Notes: generated from the sequence alone by a model not told the origin. A stretch of 62,915 nt of DNA, filler included, from Reticulomyxa filosa (GCA_000512085.1; 18 parts of 18 records of this genome joined end to end with filler, not necessarily neighbours in it); one strand, 5' to 3'; positions 39,687 to 52,833 are shown, counted from the whole stretch's first letter. Numbers and translations: made by a program.

Positions 39687-41406
39687 TCACAACGTGGGGT
39701 CAAATAAGACTTTGCATGCTTCGCCAGACAACAATGCGTCATATCCTTTCTTCCATTCACTTAGTGGTAAGTAGTGAGAAACAACTAAAGATGTTGGTAT
39801 TTTTCCTTCTGCGATCAATTTTTCTACTTCCTTCCATGTATGAAATATTCGTCGACCATGTATTGTTCGCAGCTGCAGGCTCTTAAAGATGACATCCGTT
39901 TTTTTTTTTTTTTTTTTTTGGAGCACATGTATAATATACATATTCTAAATAAATCGACCGACCATATATATGAACAAACCTTAAGAACATTTTCGACGTG
40001 TAATGGTTGTTTCGGTAAACCAACCAAGACGATGTGACCACCTTTACGCAAAAGGCTAAAAGACATATTGGTAACCTCCGAAATGCCGCTGCACTCAATC
40101 ATTGCTTGCACACCAATCCCATTGGTTAATTTCATTACTTCAGTTTTTAGGTCTTGTTCTTGAACATTTATTAACTCATCAGCACCCATTTTTTTGGCTA
40201 ATTCCAGTTTCCATGGCAAAACATCACTGGCGATAACTTTCCGACAGCCCAATGCTTTTGCTACTGAAACCACAAATAACCCGATTGTTCCACAACCAGT
40301 CACCAGCAATTCTGATGCGTTCCCCAACTTTACAATCACAATAATGACAACAATAATTTAAAAAAATAGTGTCAACTGTATATTCTTTTTTTTTTTTTTT
40401 ACCAACCTCTCCTTCGATTGTCTTTTTTTAAAAAAAACCATAATTAGTCAGTCGCTGAAAAAAAAGAAAAAAGAACAAATTTTTTTTTTTTATAAAAAAA
40501 ATTGTAATCTCATAAACGACACCCAACTTCCACTTGCTCAATTGCATTATGAGCAACACCCAAAGGCTCCAACAAAGCTGCTTCTTTCCAAGAGATATTT
40601 GTTCGTAAACGATAGCAGTAGATTTCTTTGACAATGAAATACTCGCTGCAACCACCGTAGATTGTTCCCTTTCCATGACCAAACTGAGCCATATTTAAGC
40701 ATATATCTCCTCTTTTTTCTGGCACAATTTACATTCTCCACAGTAAAAATGATTTTCAATTGCGACACGTGTGCCAATTTTCATTTTTGTTTTGGGTCCT
40801 ATGAACTAAAAAAAAGGGTATCAAACAACACGTATACTAAAAAAAATCTGTAACAATTTCAATGTGGTTTCCTCAAGGCACGAGAATGTTTTTTTTTTAG
40901 ATACACGCACCCCCTCCCCCCCCCCTCTTTGAAGAAAAAATTTTGTTTGTTTGTTTCGGACATTGACCTTTTTTGACCACCAAACCAGCTGCTTCGTGGC
41001 CAGGTGTAAACGGCAGTTTTGCTATCGTCTGTGCATCCTTAGTCCATTTAAATAGAATGATGTCACTGCCACAGATACCAACACCACACGATTTGATTAA
41101 TAATTCACCTTCCATCGGCTCTGGTACGTCCAGTTCTTTGTATACATATCCTTCGGTTGGATCTTCTTTAACTAATCCTTTCATTTTTTTTGGAATTTCC
41201 ACGTCCCATTTTCTCATTTTGGAAAAACAAGCAACACATGCCCATTCTTTTGATGTATTGAACAAATGACAAGTTTCACATTGCCATTGAGATAAATGTG
41301 ATTGTGGTTCAATTTCCTTTTTTTCCACAACCACTGTGTTATCACCACTTCTTTCGTTTTTTTCAGAATTTGGTTTCGTCTGCGTACTATCCTTCATCAA
41401 CTCCAT
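39687..41406 (-). CDS. tdh: Zn-dependent L-threonine 3-dehydrogenase-like MDR enzyme with N-terminal RanBP2-type zinc finger
   Basis: GICGSD, PFTPGHE, ENHFYC structural-Zn loop, LLEPLGVAH, VTGCGTIG, GRRIFHTW, GEACKVLF. Zinc finger WQCETCHLFNTSKEWACVAC. Four exons. Confidence 0.85.
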
Positions 41407-42113
41407 AGCTTTTTTTTTTTTACACAAATCCAGAAACACAGTATAAAGACATTCAGTCCCACACCTTTTGTAGATAAAGTCACCTTTGCTTCTGTGTGCG
41501 TGTGATCTGGCAATGTACCCAGTATGCACAAATATCAAAAGGAAAGAATAGATCTATCAACGGTAAAAAAAAAAGAGACTCACCTACTACTTTGTTTTTA
41601 AACTAAGGACACATCTATGTTATTCACGTGCGCTAATGCGTTGTAGTGCTTCTTGATAAACTTCTTTTTACCTACTTATTTTTTTGAATTTCTTACCCAA
41701 ATGAAATAAAGACAAAATCATGAATAGCATCTCAACTTTTCGAAAAGACATGAATAATTTTTGGATAAATTCAAAAGTTTTAAAAAAGGCAACATGGCTC
41801 CTTAAAGCAGATTAGCCCAAAAAAAAAGTAAAAGTGGAGCAAAAATTATGACACAATTTGATAGTCGACAGTAGATAAAGTTACCAATTGAAAAGTGTGC
41901 ATGTTCGACAACAAAAAAAAAGAGTCTTTCCATTAAATAAGGCCAAAATCCGCACCAAAGAAAAGTATTATTTTTCCTTAATCTTTTTCCCTTCCCTCTA
42001 TTCTTAGAATCCAAATGATGGATTTTTGTGAATGAGATTTGGAAGATATTTCATTTGTGTTAGAATGCTTTTTATTTTTTTGCTACATATCTATATATTA
42101 TTCAACTCTAATA

Positions 42114-43074
42114 TTAAGTACTATTTTCTTCGTCACTTTTGGTGTCATGAGTGACCAGACAACAGTCATCTTTCCATTCTGGGAAGATGGCAAAAAGTCG
42201 AGAGTCTTTATATTTTCGCAAACATCGCACTCTATCTTTGAGTTGTACATTGCTTCTATTTTTGAGAATTGGTCCCAGATGTGGGTCCGATTTCATATAA
42301 TAATACATTCCCTTTCCACAAGAGTTGTGAAACTGTTTATATTTGGCGAGCCCTGCCAACAAGGCGTTATTCTCTTCAGGAGTGAACTGGTTTCGTCGAT
42401 GCTTTTTCTCATCGTGTTGTTGGTTAACACGTCGTTTGCTCAATCTCTTAGACCGTCGCAATTGAGCGGTAAGCTTGGAAGGCCTATGATTATCATTTTT
42501 CTTATTTTCATTTTTTTCATTTTCATCATTTTTATTTTCATTCTCATTCTCGTTGATCGTCTTTCTTTGTTTTCCTTCAAGATGGTTATGAATGTTTGGA
42601 CTGTTTTCTTTTTCGGTTGTATCTTTTCTATTGTTAGCATTGCTCGCTTGCACCCTTCTTCTTCTTTTTGGTGCTGTTGCTGAATTGTTTCATGGTTAGC
42701 GTATATCCGTGTTTGAGTTATTATTATTTATTTATTAATTATTACAGTTTGGCATATTTCGAACTTTTTTTTTTTTTTTTTTTGAAGGGTCTAATAAAAA
42801 AAAAAAAAAAAAATTGAAATAAATTAATACTTGAGGACGTTTTTTTTTCCAATTTTTGTCGGTCATTATCGCTGTCACTATCATCGTTCGTATCATCGTT
42901 ATTACTGTCGCTGCTATTGTCACTGTCAGTATCATCATTGCTATCCCTTTCGCTTTTTTTTGGTCGTTTCTGTGCTGATTCCTCACCTTTCATTTCTTGG
43001 AATGTTCTTTTTCGGTCATCTCTTATCTCTTTTTTCGGGTTCATTGGGCTATTCCTTTTTTTTTTTTTTTTTTT
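42114..43074 (-). CDS. TRF-like (telobox) Myb-domain protein, 3' part
   Basis: RRNQFTPEENNALLAGLAKY...ILKNRSNVQLKDRVRCL, similar to telobox RTxVxLKDKWRN. Preceded by charged low-complexity exons. Confidence 0.75.
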
Positions 43075-43174
43075 NNNNNNNNNNNNNNNNNNNNNNNNNN
43101 NNNNNNNNNNNNNNNNNNTTAATTAATTAANNNNNNNNNNNNNNNNNNNNNNNNNNNNNNNNNNNNNNNNNNNN

Positions 43175-43960
43175 TTTTATTAAAATAACAAAAAAAACAT
43201 AATACATAATTTGATTATCGATCACTGATTGATAGCATTTCCACAAATGTAACAATTGAATTTCATCATATTGATAATACCAATTATCATCATTCCCTTT
43301 TCTGAATCCGAAATGTTGCAGAAGTTTTTCCATACCTACAAATATTTGTTCTAAGTCTATATCTAATAGATAACATTGCGAAAATAAGCAGTTGTATAAA
43401 TTTTGATAGTCAATTTGACGATATTTGATATGTTTATGATATTTCGAAATATTCCACAAAATATGTAAACACATTTCTCTCAATATTTTTAATTCATTTC
43501 CTTCTTTCAAACTATATTTCAAATTATTTGTTTTTTATTTTATATATGTTTTGTATTGGTTTTATTTATTCATATTTAACTCATTCAAGTTGGCAATTGC
43601 ACAAATATCTTGTAATTTCATGTGTGTATCAATAAAAATGTTATTGCAATTTCTCCACGTTTGTGATATTGTTATTTTCTCAAGTTTATTGCCAAAATTT
43701 CTGAATAAATCCATCAAATAGTGCTGTTGTTGTGAATTCGTACTGTATTAAATATTTAAGACAATATTTGTTAAAAAATATACCAAAGGTGTTTTGTGTA
43801 TTTAAAAAAAAGAAAATACTAGAAATTTATTGTAACGTGTTCTCTGTAAGCCAAGTTAAGAGTTCATTTGTCTTTTCTACATTTTTATTAAATAATTTCA
43901 ATGCCTCTGAGATGATCTCTTCATCTATCTTGGGGAACGTTTGAAGTTGCGCAAGCATGA
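43175..43960 (-). CDS. Lineage-expanded protein with CUE/UBA-like N-terminus and PUB-like domain (5' part)
   Basis: LQTFPKIDEEIISEALKLFNKNVEKT (CUE-like). LHILWNISKYHKHIKYRQI...LLQHFGF (PUB-like NI..P...KYR.I / L..lGF). Short introns. Confidence 0.55.
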
Positions 43961-44495
43961 CGATAAATTTCAAACAATTTGTTTTTGGGGTATTAAACTA
44001 AATAAAATGAACTATATATTATTTAAAAAAGAACGAAATATTTTGAATAATGTGCCTTAAGTACCATCGAAAAAGAAAGAAGATAACTATAAGAAAAAGT
44101 ATGGAAATTGTGACGTTAATTTATATTGTGGTTTAAGTATAGTCTTGTTTGTGCTTGGTAAACGTAGCATATTGATGAATTTAACAAATATGGAAAATAG
44201 CTTTTGTCTTAGTAGTAAAAAATGTATAACTCTCTTTTCCTTTATGTCTATTAAACAGTCTTGAATGGGATATTCATAATCCTTCGTAACTGGATTTCTC
44301 TGTTGCAACAAGTTTCATTTTGTATTCTCGTTAAAACAATAGAAAGAAATTGGAACTGAGGAGCTCCCGTTGGGTTAAACTTCTCCACCAAACTTNNNNN
44401 NNNNNNNNNNNNNNNNNNNNNNNNNNNNNNNNNNNNNNNTTAATTAATTAANNNNNNNNNNNNNNNNNNNNNNNNNNNNNNNNNNNNNNNNNNNN

Positions 44496-45545
44496 TCGAC
44501 ATTGGTACTTAAGTTCCTTGGAACAATAACCAATTGTCAAGAAATGTTATTGCACATACATTCTCTGGAAATCTCAAAACAATATACGTCCATTTTGCTG
44601 TCAATGTGAATGCTCAACAATTGCGGCAGGTGATGTTATAAATTGAACCACATTGCTAAAGAATGCCCACAGAAGAGAAAGACTTGCAAGCATTGTGGCC
44701 TGAAAAACCACAACGCATCGACACAAGAATGATCCAAGTCGACATCGATGTGTATTGTGCAAGAAAAATTCTGTTCAATGTGAAGTTATTCGCAAGGCAA
44801 GAGAAAAACTCAGCAATTTTACACTGATGCAGTCAAACAATCAAAGAACAAGAGAAAGATAAAGAATAAAAACAAGGTGGTAGAACAACAACCACACAAA
44901 ATAATCATTCAAAGCGATGATGGGGTTGGAAACAGATCATTGATATGAATCTATGAACAGTGATTTATTGATCTTCCAGAATAATATCAACGGATTTTAT
45001 TCCAAGGCCCAAATATTAGAACAAAATCTGCAGTATAAGCAGCCGCATATATGCATACTGCAAGAAGGTTTTCGGTCGAAGAAGAAGGATATTGATTATA
45101 ATTTCCAGCATCTTTATGTTCATGGAATATCAAAACCACGTAGTCACCACGAATTGAACGACAAAAGATTGAGACATGGAATCTGAGAAGCAATAAATGG
45201 GAACAATTTAGATTGAGATTGAAAAGATATTGGCAATTGGATGCAATCCATTGATTCTATTGTATTGAACAATACAGGGACATTGGACAAAGCTGTCGAA
45301 TCTTGGACCAAATGTGTTGTTGATGCCAGTGAAGCAAAAATTGGTATCAGGACAATATGGAAAGGCAATAAGCCACGGTGGAGTGATAGTCTATCTCGAT
45401 TACGAAAGAGATTTCAGACACCAGAACAGGTATCAGACTGAAGACCATCATTCGTCCAAGTCTTGAGTATGCTTCGACAGTCAATGTTATTTCCCAACTT
45501 CCTCCTCTCGAATGGAGAAGACAACAAGAAGAGGTAAAGTTGTAT
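44496..45545 (+). mobile_element. Decayed, internally deleted non-LTR retrotransposon (ORF1 Zn knuckles, APE endonuclease and RT-region remnants)
   Basis: YKLNHIAKEC and CKHCGLKNH knuckles. LLIFQNNINGF...HICILQE (APE start). Post-RT motifs KTIIRPSLEYAS and LPPLEWRR. Many stops and frameshifts. Confidence 0.8.
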
Positions 45546-45760
45546 NNNNNNNNNNNNNNNNNNNNNNNNNNNNNNNNNNNNNNNNNNNNTTAATTAATTA
45601 ANNNNNNNNNNNNNNNNNNNNNNNNNNNNNNNNNNNNNNNNNNNNGGAAAGAGAAAGAAAGAGAAGAAAGCGAGAAAAAGACGAGCCATATTCGAAATTT
45701 CATATATGCACTTGGAAGGGATGTAAAAATCCACAATGCAAAATACAGCACTCGAAAAAA

Positions 45761-46657
45761 GTGGCCTTTAAAAAGTTGAATGAGAACATCCATCGATCCC
45801 AGTACATTGACACCACCTCTCCGACCATTCACGATTTGCTTGACCGTTACAATCAATCGCAGTTTATTATGACCACAGAGTTATCACCATCGCCTTCCCC
45901 TGCCACTTCTAATACCACTACAACTACCGGTGGCAATGTGCATGCCAATATTCACTTCAATCTCAATCTCAGTGTTAATGTTAATGTTAGTATCAATGGC
46001 AATGGCAATGGCAATGATAATGACAATGACAATGACAATGACAATGACAATGATAATAACAATGACAATGACAATGACAATAACAATGACAATGATAATG
46101 ACAATGACAATATCAATACCAATACCAATACCAATACCAATACCAATACCAATACCAATACCAATACCAATACCAATGCTAATGCCAATGCCAATACAAA
46201 GTCAAGTGCAAATGCGAGTGGCAATGTCACCAATGCGACGGCATCCTCGTCGTCGTTGTCATTGCTCCTTGTTCAGAACAGTGGACACGAGGCCACGTGG
46301 AGCGGTGTAAGTCCGGCCATCCAAGCCGTGCACTCGGAGATGCAGAGCATGTCATTGGAAATGGAAAAAGTGCACATCATGACCGATGGCAATGACGTCG
46401 ATATGTTGGACGAGGAGATACCCTTGCAGAATTTTGTGCAAGCCTTGGAGCAAGGGCACATCCGCATCATGACGGAGCATGACAAGTTGGTCGAATATTC
46501 CACCGGCTTGAAAATCGCCAGGCAGCATTCCTTAGGAGATCGCAGATTGCTGGACACATTCACACGCACTGCGCAATTACACAGTATCACGGAGACCCAA
46601 GAACCATTCATCTCACATCAACCTGCTGAAAGTTTCAGTTCTAGTGATTCTTGGTAA
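45761..46657 (+). CDS. Hypothetical protein with long (Asn-X)n tract, 3' part
   Basis: 298-aa open frame with coding-like composition on both sides of the repeat. Confidence 0.55.
   Translation: MAFKKLNENIHRSQYIDTTSPTIHDLLDRYNQSQFIMTTELSPSPSPATSNTTTTTGGNVHANIHFNLNLSVNVNVSINGNGNGNDNDNDNDNDNDNDNNNDNDNDNNNDNDNDNDNINTNTNTNTNTNTNTNTNTNTNANANANTKSSANASGNVTNATASSSSLSLLLVQNSGHEATWSGVSPAIQAVHSEMQSMSLEMEKVHIMTDGNDVDMLDEEIPLQNFVQALEQGHIRIMTEHDKLVEYSTGLKIARQHSLGDRRLLDTFTRTAQLHSITETQEPFISHQPAESFSSSDSW
45957..46196. repeat. Compound hexanucleotide microsatellite (AATCTC/AATGTT/AATGGC/AATGAC/AATACC/AATGCC)
   Basis: Directly visible. AAT recurs every 6 nt while the second codon changes in blocks. Confidence 0.95.
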
Positions 46658-46936
46658 TTACTTGTTTCCCTTCTCTAATGGTTTTGCTCTGGAGTTTTTC
46701 ACTTTCTTTTCTCTCCGTCTCTACCATTTTTTTTTTTTTCCAATCTATATTTTTTTTTTTTTTTTTTCTTGGCATAGTCCCACAAATTTTTAAAAAATAT
46801 TTCTCTTGTCCATTTTTTTTGAGTTGGTTTAAAAAANNNNNNNNNNNNNNNNNNNNNNNNNNNNNNNNNNNNNNNNNNNNTTAATTAATTAANNNNNNNN
46901 NNNNNNNNNNNNNNNNNNNNNNNNNNNNNNNNNNNN

Positions 46937-49100
46937 TGCTGTGTTTTTTCGGATTGTACAGGTTGGATCAATTGTATCGGTAGTGGAAAGTGGCTTCAAG
47001 TACTGAAAACAGTAGCGCTGTGATAAAGATCTTCGGTAACAAGGTAGATGGCCATTGGACAGATGGAACGGATAATAAAATGAACATATTGCGGATTGTA
47101 GTTGGACAGCTCATTTATAATTGCTGCCGTTGTGCGTAAACGTATCCCTCTGATGGATGATAACGCGAGTATCCAACGCAGTTCAGGGTATTAAAGATGT
47201 TTTAAATGGATTGTTGGAAGAAAGCACGCAATGAGTGGGATTTAATGACTATGAGTACAGTCAATCATGTGCATGTAATCCGAGTGCTTCTCCATTGCAG
47301 TCACACCTTTTTACCGACACCAGCGCTGATGCAAATTGCAGTTATACGTACAAAGATATTGAGAATGTGTGTGTAAACATGAATCGATCATATTGCGGGA
47401 ATCACATTCAATTTGTGTACCAATGGTTTGACCTTATCTATTCTCGAACGTCAGCCAGACTCGTGCGATGTCAAAATTCATCAGCAAGCTTGGTCACGTA
47501 TACGACAAGGGCGCATCCAATTAAACGAGTACATTATCGATAATTGAATGTTACCTCCAAAGCGTCGTACCGAGATACGAGTGGTAATCGTCGTCACATT
47601 TGGGAAGCAAATCGATATTATTTCAAATAAGAAATATTGCTATCGAATATAATCTTTACAATGTATTGCAAATATGTCTGAAACGACGGCAGTGGTAATC
47701 AATTCTCCATTTTTTTTTTTATGCAACACCACGCAATATACACAACCAATTATGTAAGGAAAAGCAATTTGTGCGTCATTTCAGAAGACAACAACAAAAA
47801 GATTTTTTTCCAAATGGAACATCGATTGAAATGAAAGGTTATGAATTAAAAATAATTTGTCGGCATATATAACACGTATAATTATACTTTCACCATCGCA
47901 TCCACAAGTGGCGTATCTTTAATGGCCAACTTTTCATATCCATTGCAAACTATATCTTGGGCTGTTGTGCAAGCATTGAAACCGCAACATTTGAATGGTG
48001 TAGTGAAAGCATTACACGCATTATCCTCGACAATAGGTGGATATTGGTACTGTCCGCAGACACTTGACCACCTCCGACAATATCGTCACTCAAATTGCTT
48101 GCCTGTCAAATTTGTATTGTCACAAACAATCAAATATCGAACCAGCATATAATAATATGGCTTGCAATTCGTCGAATAGGTGCATCATTGGGCAAAGGCA
48201 CTGTTGGAAAACTATTTGGACGCAATTGCACGTGACAACGTATCGCAGTCAGGCTAAGCAATTTTCGAAGTCACTCAACAAAATGATCGATTGTCATCTC
48301 GGGAGCAAGTCACAAATGCATCTCTGTCACATCGAGGATGAGGGAAACGACGTGAATTCATGTCTACCGACAGAACACAGTGCAACCGTGTCGTTATCCA
48401 GCTCGATGTTCTCTTGGTACTTATCACCAATTACATATCAAAAGTGTATTTCGTGATAAGTTTATACAACCAGAGGAAGAAGGAACGAGAGGACAGTTTT
48501 ATCGGAGTTGTTATAGTGAATGCATCTTTAAACAATTGCAGCAGAGAATAATGGAGAATATTTAAGTGGATGCATACTCCATGGAAAATTTTCCTTGGGA
48601 TGCAATTCTGCTATTATTCAAGATCAAAAATACAATGGATATATGTTGCCCAGAACAATAGGGGGAGGTGAAGAGCATATGAAATAAAAAGAAAATAAGA
48701 GAAATAGACCAGAAGTGAAGGATGCAGCTTTAGTTGAATGTTAGTGTTGTTTGTGTCATGCTTTCAGTGGTTGTAATATACAATGTGAGCGTGAACTGTT
48801 TCATTGTGAAGTATTTTACTTCAGGTGATAAGAAGAAAAAAAGAAACGAAAAAGCATAAACGAAAATGTGGCGACAATAATGGGAGCTGCAATGGATTCA
48901 TGAAAGGGAGACGACATGACAGCATATCCAATCAAAGAAGTATATGCCGTCGTGAGAAGCAAGGCATGCCAGTCCATTGAGACAATGTGAACGAAGATGG
49001 CGATACAATAATCTCTTGGAGGTGCGTCACGCTTTTTACTAAGTCCATCTATTTGTTATCAAAATCGATCAAAAAGCAAAGCTGTCTCAAAGCAATTGAA
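46937..49100 (+). pseudogene. Heavily decayed gene remnant, possibly an extracellular or membrane protein
   Basis: Coding-like composition, Cys-containing fragments and a late hydrophobic stretch. No long ORF. Confidence 0.3.
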
Positions 49101-50530
49101 GTTAGACATTTATTATTGTTGTCTTTTTTTTTTTTAAGCAATTTACATTAATTTGTTGTTGTTTTCTATCTAAGATCATAAGAACTGGGATATACTAAGG
49201 CTGCAAAGAAGTAGAGGTTATTGTGAACGAGTGATGGAGCCACAAATAAATAAATACTACTGCCTTGTCTGGGCAACCCAAGTCGAAGAAGTACAATCAA
49301 AATGGAGAACGCTTATTTCTGCAAAAAACGATTGCTCAGCTCATCAATCTCAAACGAAAAAAAGAAAATCACTCGTTGAAATGAAAAGAATTTTGGAAAT
49401 ATAGCATTGAAACGTTATCTCGAATATGAAAACTTTGCAGCTGTGACAATAGAAAGGAAGTCTTAACAAACTGGAAGTGCCTGTTGAAGAAATATTGTTG
49501 TATCAATGGGACAGAAATGTTTGCGGCCTTCATATTGAATGAAATTATGGATAAACAATACACTTGATGATATTGGTGCAAAGATCAGCTTGGATTTTCA
49601 CAAGTATAGAATTGATTTTTATTTTGAGATTTGCTACTCTGATATGCTCAAAGCGCCACAAGTCACCAAGTATTGCATATCCAGAACATTTAGCAGAAAG
49701 CGTGACTAATATACAGTAAATGAAAAGCGATGTATTTACATTAAACACAGTTGCTAGTTGATGTCGATACTCATTGAATATTTGTTATTATTGTTTTGAA
49801 AATAGTCCAAGTATTGAGATTTGATATTAAGTAATGTATGTTAACACACTTTAGTTCTCTTTCTCTACATCTGATATGACAATGTAAGGACATATACCAC
49901 ATTTGATTAATACAAAATAAAATAGTATCAAGAAGTGAATCTCATTTCCTCTCTGATCAAGTGAAATAGCAGTAGACGGCAGTAGACAGAGTTGAGTGCA
50001 AGTTATCATGATCAAAGGGGCATGATTTTCCAATTGTAGATTAAAAAAAAGAATTTCGTTCAAATTAACGAAGCATTGGCCTGAGATGAATTAATGTCAT
50101 CGTTAAAGCATTTTTAATATACTCATTAAAAAAAGCTTGTTTGGGGGGAGTGACAGTGTATTGGCTTATTTCCAAATTTTTTTACCGTTTAATAAATTTT
50201 ATAAATCCTCCTTCAAACATTTTACAAAATTTTTATGATTAAAACAAGGGAACTTGTTGTATGTTCAATCATTAAATTATCAATAATTTGAAACATTAAA
50301 TATTCAATCTAAACTTTGTAATTTTTGAAAAAAAAGAAAATCAAAGTAGAACCCCACACCATAACCAAAGATAACAAAACCTCACTGTCGTACACTTTAA
50401 ACATCAAACATAAATTACATTGTTTAATGTTAATTTATACAGTAAAAACCAAAGAAGTAAAAAAAAATTATACAAAAATTGTTGAAACAAACGTAATCAA
50501 TATAATAAAAAAAAATTACATGAACAAATC

Positions 50531-50960
50531 TCATCCAACATTGTCGTTAAAGCAATTTAACAATTGGTTAGCTCTCGCTTTTAATATTTTCTTATCAAAC
50601 ACCAATTGATTTAGTTCGTGTCTTGGTAATGTCAATAACATTCCTGTAAGTTTTGCGACTTTTTCAGGAAATTCGGATTTTAACTCTTGATAAATAATAT
50701 CTCCAATTTTGCGTTGTTCAGCGGTCCATGTTGGTGGAACTGAGTTTGATTTTTTTCCATCTGTTGAAGTAGTCTATCAAATAAACAAACAAGCAAAATA
50801 TATTCAAAAGAGAAAAAGGTAGATAAATTTACAAAATCCTACCTTGGACTCGCTGCAAGTCGAAGAGGAAATGGAGTTGGAGATCGTTTGTGGTGCATTC
50901 AATGATACCTTCGTGTTTGAAATAACCAAAGGAGTATTCGGAGTGCAAGACATTGGATAG
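50531..50960 (-). CDS. C-terminal MLLE/PABC-domain exons (not in the ORF track)
   Basis: Manual translation of 50773-50531: EQRKIGDIIYQELKSEFPEKVAKLTGMLLTLPRHELNQLVFDKKILKARANQLL, matching MLLE consensus QKQxLGE.LY..I....PE.AGKITGMLLE. Confidence 0.8.
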
Positions 50961-51092
50961 ATCGCACCTCTTTTATTGTATTAAAATTTTTGNNNNNNNN
51001 NNNNNNNNNNNNNNNNNNNNNNNNNNNNNNNNNNNNTTAATTAATTAANNNNNNNNNNNNNNNNNNNNNNNNNNNNNNNNNNNNNNNNNNNN

Positions 51093-52000
51093 TTTCACGA
51101 ATCTAGCGCACGGGTTAAACGACGTGAATTAATAACGACCCAATTGGAGATTATCTTTGAGCAAATCGTGGACAAATACCAACATGTTTGTGTGTTTGAT
51201 ATATACATATATATGTATATATACATTGGTGACTAAATCAAATACCAAAAGCAATGAAAAAAAACAACGAAGCAGACGAACGATATGGTTGTGAAAACAG
51301 AATTATTGGCCATCGATTGCAAAAGTCACTGTCCACCAAAAACATTCCAACGGCACTCAATTTCTGCAAAACATTGAAAGATTTGAAAGTGTGGGCACAA
51401 GAAGCACGTGAAAACTTGCAAGTTCGTGAAACATTGAAATTCGGCAAGCCAGCGCTCCATTCGCTTTGAGAATAGTTTCAACAGATTGCCAATGACCAAC
51501 TTTGTACTATCCACGACACTTCACGCCAAGTATCTAATGGGGAAAAGATTGTTGTTATTGGATCAACCTACAAATGGTATGAATTTTCATTCTAGACTAC
51601 AAACACAAAAACTATAGAGCATACCATGTTATATCTGCACATACTTGTATATATATTTTTTAAAAAATATATATGTGTCATTCCTTTTTTTTAATTCCTT
51701 TGTTGACACAGCTTGTATTTGACAGATTTGGAAACATTATCTGGTGGAAGATTACAAATTCCAACAATAAACACAGCAATTATGTGTCAAATTGCCTTCA
51801 TTCAAGGAATTTTTGGAAAAAAATGTCTGTGGAATTACTCAAAATAAGAGAATTGGGCATTGTCATGGTAACCAGTGAATTTTGAAACAACCAATGGATC
51901 AATTAATCTATTTGACGTTGAAAAGCGCATTTCGAATTGTCGTGAAATATTAGTTGCCACTATTCATGGTAAGGATTCTTTACTTGCCTCTGGTTAAGAA
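51093..52000 (+). pseudogene. Decayed multi-exon gene of unknown function
   Basis: Exon-like stretches separated by (TA)-rich introns, with internal stops. Confidence 0.3.
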
Positions 52001-52833
52001 TTTATTCATCTCTTGAATTTTCGATTGAACAAATCGTATCAAAGAATATATGCTTCAAAATATAAATACATAATTCATGTCTGTGTGTTTCATAATAATT
52101 AAAGCCGAGCCATCGCAATTACAAACAGTAGAGNNNNNNNNNNNNNNNNNNNNNNNNNNNNNNNNNNNNNNNNNNNNTTAATTAATTAANNNNNNNNNNN
52201 NNNNNNNNNNNNNNNNNNNNNNNNNNNNNNNNNCTTTTAGTGTGAAAAGCGTAGATTATTTTAGAACCAATTCCGGTCTTTCTACGACAATTCTACACCA
52301 ATAGGAACAGTAATAAGTAAAAAAAGTTGGGGTTTTTTCAGCCAATCTCAAAAGTGACATATAATTGAGTTTTCTCGCAAATGGGAAGGAGTTATTGAGT
52401 CGCGATAGCGCGGACCTGGCGATACTTTAGTGAACGATATAATAACGTTAATTTCTCCTTGCTCGTTCTGCATGTTGGTCACTAAGTGCGATAATTTTGG
52501 ACCTGCACGGTTTCCTGATTGGTTCATGCGCGTGTTTTGGATGCAGATGGTGCGAGTATTGTATCCCATTTTTTTTATTTTATTGAAAAAACAATATTAT
52601 GTGCTGCTAACGAAATTTTGTGATCAATTTATTATTTTGTCCGAAAAGCAACTAAGATTTGTTTCATTTGTAATTTTTCAAAATCAATTTTCGCTAACAT
52701 TGATAACGTAAAAAATTCAATACAACCAAAAAGATTGTGTTTACAGTTACAAACTTTTTTTAACCGTAAACAATCAATGTAACAACCAAAGTGATACAAT
52801 TGACTTTGTCGTCTCTTGTCAAAAAAAATCCGT

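Noticed and set aside
51700-52000. NTPase-like remnant (LVATIHGK)
   Set aside because: No Walker A/B motifs could be recovered, and the sequence is too fragmentary to name.
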